Shown piece after piece: positions 47,366 to 56,639 of a stretch of DNA of 64,000 nucleotides. The translations under genes and the position numbers were made by a program. Each line of letters begins with the position of its first letter. Positions within the stretch are counted from its first letter, which is position 1. The stretch is from NCBI GenBank assembly GCA_016200345.1, contig JACQEX010000072.1, forward strand, positions 7,233-71,232. The letters are read 5' to 3'. The notes under the pieces were generated by a model, which saw nothing but the letters and a program-made list of their open reading frames with translations, was not told where the DNA came from and searched no databases. The DNA is from Nitrospinota bacterium (GTDB taxonomy: Bacteria > Nitrospinota_A > UBA7883 > JACRGQ01).

Positions 47366-48638
47366 GAGGCCTGGTATCGCGAAGGTCTTGTGCGCGGCGG
47401 CGCTGGTGTTGTTGCCTGTCGAGGGCTTTGCGATGAACCTTAAGGGGCGTGTTTCGGAGTCGGTCTTGTACGTTACCGACGACTCCGCAAAACAAAACTA
47501 CTCCTACACGTGGAGCAAGCTAAGGCTGGACGCAACCGATATTTACGGCAACAAGGAGAACAGCGCGCATTTCGACGGCGCCTACACGGGCGCGTCCTCC
47601 AACGTTTACAACAGCCAGACCCCGCCGACAAGGATTAATTACGCGAACGTAAAAATGGAGAAACTGTTTCAAGACACCGACGTGGTCATCGGCAGGCAGG
47701 CGATAGACGACCTTGTGGGGGCGAGGCTGGACGGCGCGCTATTTGACATGCACTCGTCCGACGCCGCCGGTCTCGGCGTTTTCGGCGGCACGATGCCGGA
47801 TCCGTACATGGATTATTTTTCCTCCGGCTTCCTAACTTTTGGCGGCTTTGGGTATTACAAAAAAAAGGAGGCCGGGGTCACGCTTGGTTACGCGGAAAGC
47901 CTGTACAACGGCAACGAGGACCAGGCGTATATTTACGGCTCGACCTACCTGGCCCCGACGGACGAATTTGACGTGAACGGCTCCGCAAGGCTCGACCACA
48001 ACGCCGGCAACACCAGCGGATATGATTTCACCAACCTTTTGGTCAACGCCAACTACCGAAGCGGGTGGCGCGCCAACTTAAACCTAACGTACAACCAATA
48101 CCGCGCCGTCTGGTACCAGGCGTCGGAAACGATGAACTACGGGCTTGACATGGCGTTGCAAAAATCGGCGCGCGTTTTCACCGACGTCGCGTTGGTTCCG
48201 ACCGTGAAGGTGTACGCCGACTATGACTATCGCATAAGGGACAGCGACGGCCTGTCTGCCTCCCTGCTGATGGTGGGGCTGAAGGAGAACGACTTGATGG
48301 AGATTTTTTACTACAACGTCTCGTATCGCAACATAAATTATTTCACCGCCGTTTCATGGCAGGGGGCGCTTGCGGTCGGGGCGCAGTTCAACGAAAAGGC
48401 CACGGCCGAGTTGGGCGCGGCATACTCTGAAAACCAGCAAAACCAGACCTCGAACGGCATGACGCAGATTATTTACACCGCCTCGGCCGACTACACCGCC
48501 TCAAAATCTTGGATGTTCAACTGCTCGGTGGAGACCTCCACCCAGAAGTTTGTAAGCGTCGACTCCGTGTATCTGTCGAAATACAACGACCAATACCAGA
48601 CCACGACGGTTTTTGCCAACCTCACCTACCGTTTTTAA
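47355..48638 (+). CDS. outer-membrane beta-barrel (porin-like) protein
   Basis: Signal peptide (..LLPVEGFA|). Alternating amphipathic beta-strand pattern rich in Y/N/G/T. C-terminal ...ANLTYRF with terminal Phe. Start overlaps the cytochrome gene end. Confidence 0.75.
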   Translation: MGVERPGIAKVLCAAALVLLPVEGFAMNLKGRVSESVLYVTDDSAKQNYSYTWSKLRLDATDIYGNKENSAHFDGAYTGASSNVYNSQTPPTRINYANVKMEKLFQDTDVVIGRQAIDDLVGARLDGALFDMHSSDAAGLGVFGGTMPDPYMDYFSSGFLTFGGFGYYKKKEAGVTLGYAESLYNGNEDQAYIYGSTYLAPTDEFDVNGSARLDHNAGNTSGYDFTNLLVNANYRSGWRANLNLTYNQYRAVWYQASETMNYGLDMALQKSARVFTDVALVPTVKVYADYDYRIRDSDGLSASLLMVGLKENDLMEIFYYNVSYRNINYFTAVSWQGALAVGAQFNEKATAELGAAYSENQQNQTSNGMTQIIYTASADYTASKSWMFNCSVETSTQKFVSVDSVYLSKYNDQYQTTTVFANLTYRF

Positions 48639-48820
48639 CCGCGCTTCCGAAAAAAAGGGGGCTTTCGCAACAACGCTACACGCCCCGTCGCATGGAGTCT
48701 ATTTTTTCTTGTCCTTCTTCGGTTTCTTTTTTTCCCTTCTCTTGTCCATTCCCTTTGCCACTGTCAATCACCTCCTTCAGTTTTTCCGTTAGTGTGAGAG
48801 CAAAAAATCGCCAACCCGCA

Positions 48821-49903
48821 TCAATCGCTGAACGGGTCCTGTTGGTCGTAGATTATGGAGTAGCTTATCGGACGGTAATTGGCCGAGCCGGACTTGGGGA
48901 TTAGAAACTGGTTCGCCACCCTCAGCCATTGGACGTCGGGCAAAAGCTCGCGAAGCTTTCCGTCCGGCGGAGGCGTGGAGTGCTCGTTCCTTTCGTACAC
49001 CACCTGAAAAACCGCCACGCCGTAGTCGTCGGCCCGGTGCACCAGGTAGTTGTCCCTAAATTCCCTCGCGGTCATCAGCCCGTCCTTTTCTATCATCTCG
49101 ACGTGCTCCGACGGAATTTTAACCAGGCAGTGCTTGGCGACGTTGTCCCGCGTGATTTTTGAGAACGTGCGCGACTCGGAGCTGTTCACGTACACGGTCG
49201 CCAGCGAGTCCCCCATGCTGAGAAGCTGATAGGCGACCATGGCGGCCGTCCGCCTGCCCGATACGGTGTGGTGGAAGCTGTAGTACTCGAAAAGTTTCTC
49301 CACCAGCGTCTCGGCGTATTTGTCCCCCTTTTCGTAAAGGTCCTTCGATATGTAGCGAAGTTGTTTCCCCAGCGACTCCGCGGCGAAGTCAATCAGCCAG
49401 TCTATGCGCACGTGAAAATGCGAGAGGTGGTAGCGCACCCTTTTTCGGGCGGAGGCGTCCTGCTGTATGAGCAGGGCGTAGTCCACGGGGAGGAGGCTTT
49501 TCAAAAGGTCGTGGAATTTTTCGTGCTCGTAATATTTTTGCACCTTCAAAAGTTGCGGGGCCACGCGCGCGCTTGAAAGGACTATCTCGGGCAGGTTTTC
49601 CTTGGTGACCTTGTTGTTGTCGAAATATCGGATGTATTTTTTCAGGTCGGCGCGCACCTCGTCCTCGGTAAAAATAACTATGAAGCCGTTGATGAGGTCG
49701 TTCTCGGTCTCCGTGACCTTGCCGCGCGGCTTTAGCTCCCTTTTTTCGACGAACTTGTAGTCGGCCTTCGCGTCGAGAAAATTCTTATAGGAGTCGTTCA
49801 CGCCGTAGTCAATGAGCGAGAAATCCAGCTCGTTGCGCAGGGTCGTGTAAAGCGCCCTTCGCAACTTTTGGTTTCTACTCAGCTCGGCGTCGGATTTAAA
49901 CAT
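48821..49903 (-). CDS. hypothetical cytoplasmic protein (360 aa), no recognisable family
   Basis: Long uninterrupted ORF starting at ATG 49903. Has an Rx5H segment (RKRVRYHLSHFH) of uncertain meaning. Confidence 0.55.
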   Translation of the reverse strand: MFKSDAELSRNQKLRRALYTTLRNELDFSLIDYGVNDSYKNFLDAKADYKFVEKRELKPRGKVTETENDLINGFIVIFTEDEVRADLKKYIRYFDNNKVTKENLPEIVLSSARVAPQLLKVQKYYEHEKFHDLLKSLLPVDYALLIQQDASARKRVRYHLSHFHVRIDWLIDFAAESLGKQLRYISKDLYEKGDKYAETLVEKLFEYYSFHHTVSGRRTAAMVAYQLLSMGDSLATVYVNSSESRTFSKITRDNVAKHCLVKIPSEHVEMIEKDGLMTAREFRDNYLVHRADDYGVAVFQVVYERNEHSTPPPDGKLRELLPDVQWLRVANQFLIPKSGSANYRPISYSIIYDQQDPFSD

Positions 49904-50004
49904 AGCTCCAATCCCCTAAGGACAATTTTTTCGGTCGCACCACGTCCGTCTAAAATTATCAGGTTGCGGGGAATAACTCAACGGGAAAGAGAGTGAAAGG
50001 AACC

Positions 50005-51354
50005 CTATCGGGGTCTGGATTCGCCGTGGTGCGTGTCCATGCTGACTCCGCAGGCGCGAAGAAATTCGTTCGGAAGGTTGCCGCCCGCAAACACAAAGAC
50101 GGAGTCGTTCGGATATTCGCGCACGTTCCCCTTTTGCTCGATTGTCACGGAGTCGGTCTTTATCTCCTTCACGTTGGACTCCATCATGAGGGCCACTTTT
50201 TTACCCGCGACAAGGTTGTCCAGCCTTTTTTGATTGTCCGCCTTGATTCTTCCGAACGCCGGACCGCGATACGAAAGCGACACATTTGTCCCTTTCTGGC
50301 ACGAAAAGGCGACCGCGGCCTCCACAGCGCTGTCGCCGCCGCCGACTACCAAAATTTTTTGGTTTTCGTGGTGTTCCGGCTCCAATAGCCTGTACATCAC
50401 CTTTGGAAGTTGCTCCCCCGGAACGCCGAGTTTTCTAGGCGTGCCCCTTCGTCCCGTGGTCAGCAGAACATACCTTGTGCTGATGTTTCTATTCGAGGTC
50501 TTAACATTAAACGCCTCTCCCGTGTTTTCGATGGAGAGGGCCTTTTCGCCGGTGTTTATCTCCAGCCCCGTTTTCTCGACGATGTTTTTCCAAAGCGCCA
50601 CAAGCTCCTCTTTGCTAAGCGTGCCGACTTTTATTTTGCCGTACATCGGAACGTCCGCTGGCCGGGTCATGACCACCTTTGCGCGCGGGTAGGAGAGTAT
50701 GGCGCCGCCGAAGGATTCCTCCTGGTCCAGCAACAAGAACTTCATCTTTAAAAATTTCGCCTGTAGGGCGGCGGACATCCCCGCCGGGCCGGCGCCGACA
50801 ACCACCAAGTCCACCATGTCCGCCGGTCTGTTATACGGCGCACCCCTAAAATCCTCGAAACTATAATCCACCGCCTCCTTTCCCTGAAGGATGGCGTTTT
50901 TTATAAGGCCCATTCCACCCAATTCCCCGGCGATAAAAAGTCTTTTTACGTTGGACTCGAAGTTTGGAAAAACCTGCGGCAGGTCTACGCCGCGCTTTTC
51001 CGTTCCGAACACAAGCTCGATGGCTCCGACCGGGCACGCCCTGGCGCAGGCCCCGTGCCCCACGCACCTCGAGGCGTATATGGGCTCGGCCTGGTTGTTT
51101 ACCTTGCCCAAAATCTCCTGCTCGGGGCAGGCGGTGATGCAGGCCCCGGAGCCTATGCATATGGCCTTGTTAACCTTCGGGTGAATCGTCGCCGGCTCGT
51201 AAAGCCCGAATTTTTGCGCCTCGGATATCTTGACCCTCACCTTTTTCGACTTCTTTTTTTGCGACATCAGATAAGGAACGAGCACGACGGCCACGATGAA
51301 CGCCCCCACCACAAACGTGGCGTTTTCCATTAACAGCGACGTTAAAAAATCCAT
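50005..51354 (-). CDS. membrane-anchored 2x[4Fe-4S] ferredoxin domain fused to FAD/NAD(P)-dependent pyridine nucleotide-disulfide oxidoreductase (TrxR-like)
   Basis: N-terminal TM helix. CIGSGACITACP and CVGHGACARACP cluster motifs. Two Rossmann GxGxxG/A motifs (VVVGAGPAGMSAA, ILVVGGGDSAVEAA). Confidence 0.8.
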   Translation of the reverse strand: MDFLTSLLMENATFVVGAFIVAVVLVPYLMSQKKKSKKVRVKISEAQKFGLYEPATIHPKVNKAICIGSGACITACPEQEILGKVNNQAEPIYASRCVGHGACARACPVGAIELVFGTEKRGVDLPQVFPNFESNVKRLFIAGELGGMGLIKNAILQGKEAVDYSFEDFRGAPYNRPADMVDLVVVGAGPAGMSAALQAKFLKMKFLLLDQEESFGGAILSYPRAKVVMTRPADVPMYGKIKVGTLSKEELVALWKNIVEKTGLEINTGEKALSIENTGEAFNVKTSNRNISTRYVLLTTGRRGTPRKLGVPGEQLPKVMYRLLEPEHHENQKILVVGGGDSAVEAAVAFSCQKGTNVSLSYRGPAFGRIKADNQKRLDNLVAGKKVALMMESNVKEIKTDSVTIEQKGNVREYPNDSVFVFAGGNLPNEFLRACGVSMDTHHGESRPR

Positions 51355-51355
51355 T

Positions 51356-52249
51356 TCAAACCTTGAACAGGTAAAAGACCCCTATGTGCAAAAACATCAC
51401 GATGAACATGATTACGGCAAACGGTTTATGGAAGACGTGCCAGTGGTGGAGCAGTTTGTGCGACACGTCCAAAAACATCCGCGAACGGACCAGCCTTCGT
51501 TTCTCCTTTATCAACCAGTAGAGCCTGTGCTTCACGTGGGCGGGCATGGAGACGTCGCCCTTCAACTCGGCCCGCACCCGCCACAGGGCGCCCATGTTTT
51601 CCAAATCGGCCTTCGCCATCGCGAAGAGCGAGGCAAGGGCGCCGCTTTCCTCGTCGGGCGGCTCCGTCGAAATGCCGTCGAAATGCGACGATACGCGCGG
51701 CCCCGACTCGTATTTGTTTATCTGGGCGTTAATAGTCTCCATAGACTCGTCCAAATCTCCCATCATCAGTTCGTTTCCCGTGACGCTTCTGGGAATCTTC
51801 ACGTAAAGATAGCGGCCCAATATGCCGCTAAGCGCCACCAGCACCGCCGACCAGTAGCTGAGGGAGACGATGCCGCCGAATTTGTAGGTGCTGTGCACGG
51901 TAATCAGCACGGTGCCGACGATTCCCAAAAAAATATGAACGTCCAGCCACAACCTTATCGGCCCGGCGTCCACCATAAACTTAAAGCGCTTTCTAAAGGA
52001 GTAGAGCATCATTATAACAAAACAGGCGGAACCGAGCCAGCCGGTGAGGTGCCAAATCCCCTTGTTTGGCTCTTTGGCGACCTTGTATGTCGTCATCCCC
52101 GCCTCGTTCAGCCACTTAACGATGCCGTACGGTTTGCCGGTCAGCTGTAGCCAGCTTTCGACCAAAATGACGGCCGACCCGGCAAGACCGGCGATGGTAA
52201 GAAAATTTATCGTCAATTCCAGCAGGCCGCCCTGTTTTTTTTGCGCCAT
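51356..52249 (-). CDS. integral membrane protein with paired conserved His in TM helices (ferric-reductase/cytochrome b-like di-heme transmembrane domain)
   Basis: Five or six TM helices. His pairs 13 residues apart in TM3 (DVHIFLGIVGTVLITVHS) and His-rich TM5 (HHWHVFHKPF...FLHIG). AGGAG SD. Only 1 nt gap to the oxidoreductase gene. Confidence 0.6.
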   Translation of the reverse strand: MAQKKQGGLLELTINFLTIAGLAGSAVILVESWLQLTGKPYGIVKWLNEAGMTTYKVAKEPNKGIWHLTGWLGSACFVIMMLYSFRKRFKFMVDAGPIRLWLDVHIFLGIVGTVLITVHSTYKFGGIVSLSYWSAVLVALSGILGRYLYVKIPRSVTGNELMMGDLDESMETINAQINKYESGPRVSSHFDGISTEPPDEESGALASLFAMAKADLENMGALWRVRAELKGDVSMPAHVKHRLYWLIKEKRRLVRSRMFLDVSHKLLHHWHVFHKPFAVIMFIVMFLHIGVFYLFKV

Positions 52250-52545
52250 CTTTTTCTCCTACTCTTTTATTTCGTGGCGCCCGATTTTATTACATACCCG
52301 GTGCCCGTGTATACAGGGTAGTTTAGCCGGGTCAGTTCATAGCAATTTGTCCAATTATTGCAAAAAGCACAAAAAACGCCAAAGATGCAAAAAAGGTCAA
52401 TAAAGTCAAAGACGCAAAGGCCCTCCATGCAGATGCGGTGTATAAAGTAGACATGATGGATTGTGGCATAGGAGCAGAAGTTAAGAATGTGAATTTTCGC
52501 TTTTCTTTCTGGAGTTGTCAAGAAGCCACATAAAGGAAAATCCAT

Positions 52546-52574
52546 TTGACAAAAAATCACGGTTTTGGTAGTCT
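52546..52574 (+). promoter_or_regulatory. sigma70-like promoter (TTGACA -17 nt- TAGTCT) upstream of small ORF 52621
   Basis: TTGACA at 52546-52551, 17-nt spacer, TAGTCT at 52569-52574. It lies in an AT-rich divergent intergenic region. Confidence 0.4.
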
Positions 52575-52620
52575 CCAGTAAGAAGTCAGCGAAGTAATTC
52601 ATTTTATAGAGAGAACACAT

Positions 52621-52839
52621 ATGACGGATTTTTTATTCGCCACCCCGGGATTTTTTATGGGGATGGTTCGGGCATTGGATTTGGGCTCTACGTTTAACGC
52701 TTATAACGCAAGCAAAACCCCCTCTGAAGCTGATGCACTGGCTTTTTATAATGACTTTAAGGCCATTGGCGACGACCTTCGCTTGGTTATGAAGAGTGAA
52801 GAGGCGAAAATAGCCGCAAAATCTCTTAAGTTGGCGTGA
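52621..52839 (+). CDS. hypothetical small protein (72 aa) in AT-rich segment
   Basis: Preceded by a sigma70-like promoter (TTGACA-17-TAGTCT). No known family. Confidence 0.4.
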   Translation: MTDFLFATPGFFMGMVRALDLGSTFNAYNASKTPSEADALAFYNDFKAIGDDLRLVMKSEEAKIAAKSLKLA

Positions 52840-52991
52840 GCAAACGTAAGAGCCATTCCGTAAGTATCACCCAACACAAACTTACTGTTGGCCCTATCCC
52901 ACCTCCCGAGCAACTCGCCCGGTATAATGCGATTGTTCCTGGGTTCGCCGAACGTATCATAAGCAGATGGGAAGAATAGGGAACCCATCGC

Positions 52992-53234
52992 ATGAAGTTG
53001 GAGAGGGATGTCATCGGGTCGGGTATTTGGCTAGCGTATCTTGGCCTTCTTTCTGCATTTGTTTTGGGGCTGGTTGGCGTTGGAGGCGGGATTTGGCTTA
53101 TCCACGATGGAAAAGATGTATATGGGCTAGCCGCCAGCATTACGGCCTTGGGGACGCTTGCGGGTGTATATATTTGGGGAAAATCAAAACAGGGGAAAGA
53201 GCTTCAAGGGAAGCGTGAGATCATAGGACGATAG
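52992..53234 (+). CDS. hypothetical small 2-TM membrane protein (80 aa)
   Basis: Two G-rich hydrophobic helices (GIWLAYLGLLSAFVLGLVGVGGGIWLI; GLAASITALGTLAGVYIW). Confidence 0.4.
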   Translation: MKLERDVIGSGIWLAYLGLLSAFVLGLVGVGGGIWLIHDGKDVYGLAASITALGTLAGVYIWGKSKQGKELQGKREIIGR

Positions 53235-53587
53235 ACTTCTTGTCCATTGTCCCATACCAGTTTGGCAAGCTGTACTGGGTCGCTCGGACATTCTAATCGC
53301 TTTTTCATGCTCCCGTTATAAGACACAAGTTAAGGAAAATACACTTTTTGACTTATTCACAATTCAAACTGGCCCACTACAGTTTTGCCACATCGTAAAA
53401 CGTGGGGTCATTGGTAGCGACATTCCCACTCCCCTAGAATTACTGGTGCGGTGTTTTTGTGGCGCGAGTGTTACGATTCCAACGCATTTCGTCGATTTTG
53501 CTTGAAATCTGAAGTTATTAAGTCAAAAATTTCAATAAGTTAAGAAATGGCCTTTGGCATTTAAATTGCTCATTTGGAGCGGGCATT

Positions 53588-54445
53588 ATGAAAAGGGTCA
53601 ACACACTTAATTGGAATAATCGCATGGCGAGGCTGTCGCCGGTTTTTGCAACGATTTCTGCGTTACTTTTCTTTGCGGGGTGCGGGGAGGGGGAGTCAAA
53701 ACCGAACCTTCAGTCACCAACGTCGGGTAGTGTTGGGATTGTCCTTAAGGATTGGGTCGGGGTGGGGGTGAATACCGTCACCACTTCGGCGGCTTTGTCG
53801 TCCGTCAACCACAGCGAATATCTATTGGGTTCCCACGCTTCTTATACGTGCGCCGATTGCCACAATCCGGTGGATTCGACCACCGGTTTGCAGACCGCGA
53901 TACAACGCGACCAAATATGCGCCCGATGTCATCCGTTTTCTAGATATAGCGCGGTGACGACAAGCGTGGATCACGTCGCGTTGAAATCCGGGACTCATTG
54001 CAACGCCTGCCACCATTCAGCCTCCGGCGCGTCGCTTTCCACAATTATCGGATGGAGGTGGTCCTCCGTCACCAGCCCCATCGTCCGCGTGACGCACAAA
54101 ACATGGCACGGCAACGTTAAGGGAACCTGCCTAAACTGCCACACTCTGGCAAACGAAACGCTTCCGTCCTCCCACCCGGCCGTGACGTCCGCCACGGCGT
54201 GCGAGCCGTGCCACCATTACTCAAACGGCAAATGGGCCGGCCAGCACCGCAAGGTCACGAGCGGATGCAACATATCCGGGTGCCACACCGGGCATTATTC
54301 CGGCAACGACTGCTCCCTGTGTCACACCGGCGCCGCGGCGGGGGGATACACGAACTGGGCTATTTCATTCAGCAAAGGGGGGCACCAAATACAGTTCGGT
54401 TCGGCCTCGTGCGGGATATGCCACAGCGGGGGCTTTGGCGACTAA
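53588..54445 (+). CDS. lipoprotein multiheme c-type cytochrome (7 CxxCH + 1 CX4CH), paralog of 43533-44459
   Basis: Lipobox LLFFAGCG. Heme motifs CADCH, CARCH, CNACH, CLNCH, CEPCH, CNISGCH, CSLCH, CGICH. About 50% identity to the upstream lipoprotein cytochrome over the core (SGTHCNACH...GCN.SGCH). Confidence 0.85.
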   Translation: MKRVNTLNWNNRMARLSPVFATISALLFFAGCGEGESKPNLQSPTSGSVGIVLKDWVGVGVNTVTTSAALSSVNHSEYLLGSHASYTCADCHNPVDSTTGLQTAIQRDQICARCHPFSRYSAVTTSVDHVALKSGTHCNACHHSASGASLSTIIGWRWSSVTSPIVRVTHKTWHGNVKGTCLNCHTLANETLPSSHPAVTSATACEPCHHYSNGKWAGQHRKVTSGCNISGCHTGHYSGNDCSLCHTGAAAGGYTNWAISFSKGGHQIQFGSASCGICHSGGFGD

Positions 54446-54582
54446 CCCCTTTCGGCATTTTTCTATCGGGCGCCTCGGGAGAAATAATCGGGGGAATTTT
54501 TGCAAAACCTTGACGAACAGCCTAGGCGGTCTTATTTATCAACCATGAGAAAGACACTAGCATTTAAGAAATTGGAGGATTA

Positions 54583-56493
54583 ATGGGAAAAATTATTGGA
54601 ATTGACCTTGGCACAACCAACTCGGTGGTTGCCATTATGGAAGGCGGACAGCCGAAAGTCATTGTAAATGAAGAGGGTTCACGGCTCACTCCCTCTATCG
54701 TCGCTTTTGCGAAGGACGGCGAGGTGCTTGTCGGCCAAGTCGCCAAACGGCAGGCCATAACAAACCCAACCAACACGGTTTATTCCATAAAGCGGTTTAT
54801 GGGGCGAAAATTCTCCGAGGTGCAGGAAGAGATGAAGATGGTCCCTTACAAAGTGGTCGAGGGGCCGAACCAAGACGTACGAATCGTCGCCTCCGGGAAG
54901 CAGTACAGCCCGCCGGAGATTTCCGCCATGATTCTCGGCAAACTGAAAAAATCGGCCGAGATATACCTCGGCGAAAAAGTAACGGAGGCGGTAATCACCG
55001 TCCCGGCGTATTTTAACGACGCGCAAAGGCAGGCGACAAAGGACGCGGGACGAATCGCGGGCCTTGAGGTAAAAAGAATAATCAACGAGCCGACGGCCGC
55101 CGCGCTGGCGTACGGGCTGGACAAGTCGCGCGACCACATGATAGCCGTTTACGACCTTGGCGGCGGAACGTTCGACATCTCCGTGCTGGAGGTCGGGGAC
55201 AACGTCGTGGAGGTCAAGGCGACCAACGGCGACACGCATCTGGGCGGCGATAACTTTGACCAGCGGATAATTGACTGGCTGGCGACGGAATTTAAAAAGG
55301 AGCAGGGGATAGACCTTACCAAGGACGCGATGGCCCTCCAGCGTCTAAAAGAGGCGGCTGAAAAGGCGAAAATGGAGCTTTCATCGGTTGTCGAGACCGA
55401 CATAAACCTCCCGTTCATCACTGCGGACGCCACCGGGCCGAAGCACATGAACCTAAAGCTCACACGCTCCAAGTTCGAACAGATGATAGACGACTATCTG
55501 CAAAGGACGCTCGGCCCGCTAAAACAGGCCATGAGCGACTCCGGCCTAAAGCCGGACGACATACAAGAGGCCGTTATGGTCGGCGGCTCCACCCGCGTTC
55601 CGAAGGTCAACGAAATCGTAAAAGGATACTTCGGCGGAAAAGAGCCCCACAAGGGCGTCAACCCGGACGAGGTCGTGGCGCTCGGCGCCGCCGTCCAAGC
55701 GGGAGTTTTGGCGGGCGACGTGAAGGACATCCTTCTTTTGGACGTCACCCCGTTGTCCCTCGGCATAGAAACTTTGGGCGGGGTCATGACGAAGCTCATC
55801 GAGCGCAACACGACGATTCCCACTAGAAAAGGCGAGGTCTTTTCCACCGCCGCGGACGGGCAGACGTCGGTCGAAATCCACGTGCTCCAAGGGGAGCGCG
55901 AGATGGCGCGGGACAACCGCACCCTCGGCAAGTTTCATCTGGACGGCATACCCTCCGCGCCCAGGGGAATCCCGCAGATAGAGGTCGCTTTCGACATAGA
56001 CGCCAACGGAATAGTCCATGTAACGGCAAAGGACAAAGGCACCGGCAAGGAGCAGAAGATAACCGTGACCGCCAGCTCCGGCATCAACGAGGAAGAAATC
56101 AAGAAGATGGTCAAGGAAGCCGAGGCGAACGCCGAGGACGACCGCAAAAAACGCGAGGCGGTTGACGCAAAAAACACGGCCGACAACCTTGTCTATCAAA
56201 CCGAGAAAACACTTACGGAGAACAAGGAGAAAGTCGGGGGCGAAGTCGCCAAGCAGGTCGAGGAAGCCCTCGCCAAGTGTAAAAAGGCGATGGAGGGAAC
56301 CAACGTGGACGAGATAAAAGCGACAGCCGAGGAATTGCGAAAGGCCTCCCATAAGATGGCCGAGGCGATTTACCAGCAGGCCTCCGCCCAAGGCGGCGCA
56401 GGCACCCCTCCGCAGGGCGGAGCGGGCGGCGAGGCGCCGGGCGGCGACAAAGGAAACGTGGTAGACGCCGAGTTCGAGGACGCGAAGAAGTAA
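54583..56493 (+). CDS. dnaK: molecular chaperone DnaK (Hsp70)
   Basis: [18 protein letters not shown] and the rest of the Hsp70 signatures. 636 aa. Confidence 0.97.
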   Translation: MGKIIGIDLGTTNSVVAIMEGGQPKVIVNEEGSRLTPSIVAFAKDGEVLVGQVAKRQAITNPTNTVYSIKRFMGRKFSEVQEEMKMVPYKVVEGPNQDVRIVASGKQYSPPEISAMILGKLKKSAEIYLGEKVTEAVITVPAYFNDAQRQATKDAGRIAGLEVKRIINEPTAAALAYGLDKSRDHMIAVYDLGGGTFDISVLEVGDNVVEVKATNGDTHLGGDNFDQRIIDWLATEFKKEQGIDLTKDAMALQRLKEAAEKAKMELSSVVETDINLPFITADATGPKHMNLKLTRSKFEQMIDDYLQRTLGPLKQAMSDSGLKPDDIQEAVMVGGSTRVPKVNEIVKGYFGGKEPHKGVNPDEVVALGAAVQAGVLAGDVKDILLLDVTPLSLGIETLGGVMTKLIERNTTIPTRKGEVFSTAADGQTSVEIHVLQGEREMARDNRTLGKFHLDGIPSAPRGIPQIEVAFDIDANGIVHVTAKDKGTGKEQKITVTASSGINEEEIKKMVKEAEANAEDDRKKREAVDAKNTADNLVYQTEKTLTENKEKVGGEVAKQVEEALAKCKKAMEGTNVDEIKATAEELRKASHKMAEAIYQQASAQGGAGTPPQGGAGGEAPGGDKGNVVDAEFEDAKK

Positions 56494-56522
56494 AGCTGAC
56501 TGACCCACTCCCCCCAAAAAAA

Positions 56523-56566
56523 CCCGTCCGGTCTTGTCGAACGACAGGGCCGGGCGGGTAAAATTT
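56523..56566 (+). terminator. GC-rich stem-loop downstream of dnaK (putative intrinsic terminator)
   Basis: cccgtccggtc-t-tgtcg-aa-cgaca-g-ggccgg-gcggg is a nested hairpin, followed by TAAAATTT and preceded by an A-run. Confidence 0.45.
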
Positions 56567-56639
56567 AACCAAAACCTAATATAAAACCCCCAAGGAATGA
56601 GATAGAGTTCACCATGATAATGTTTAAGGAATTATTCAA

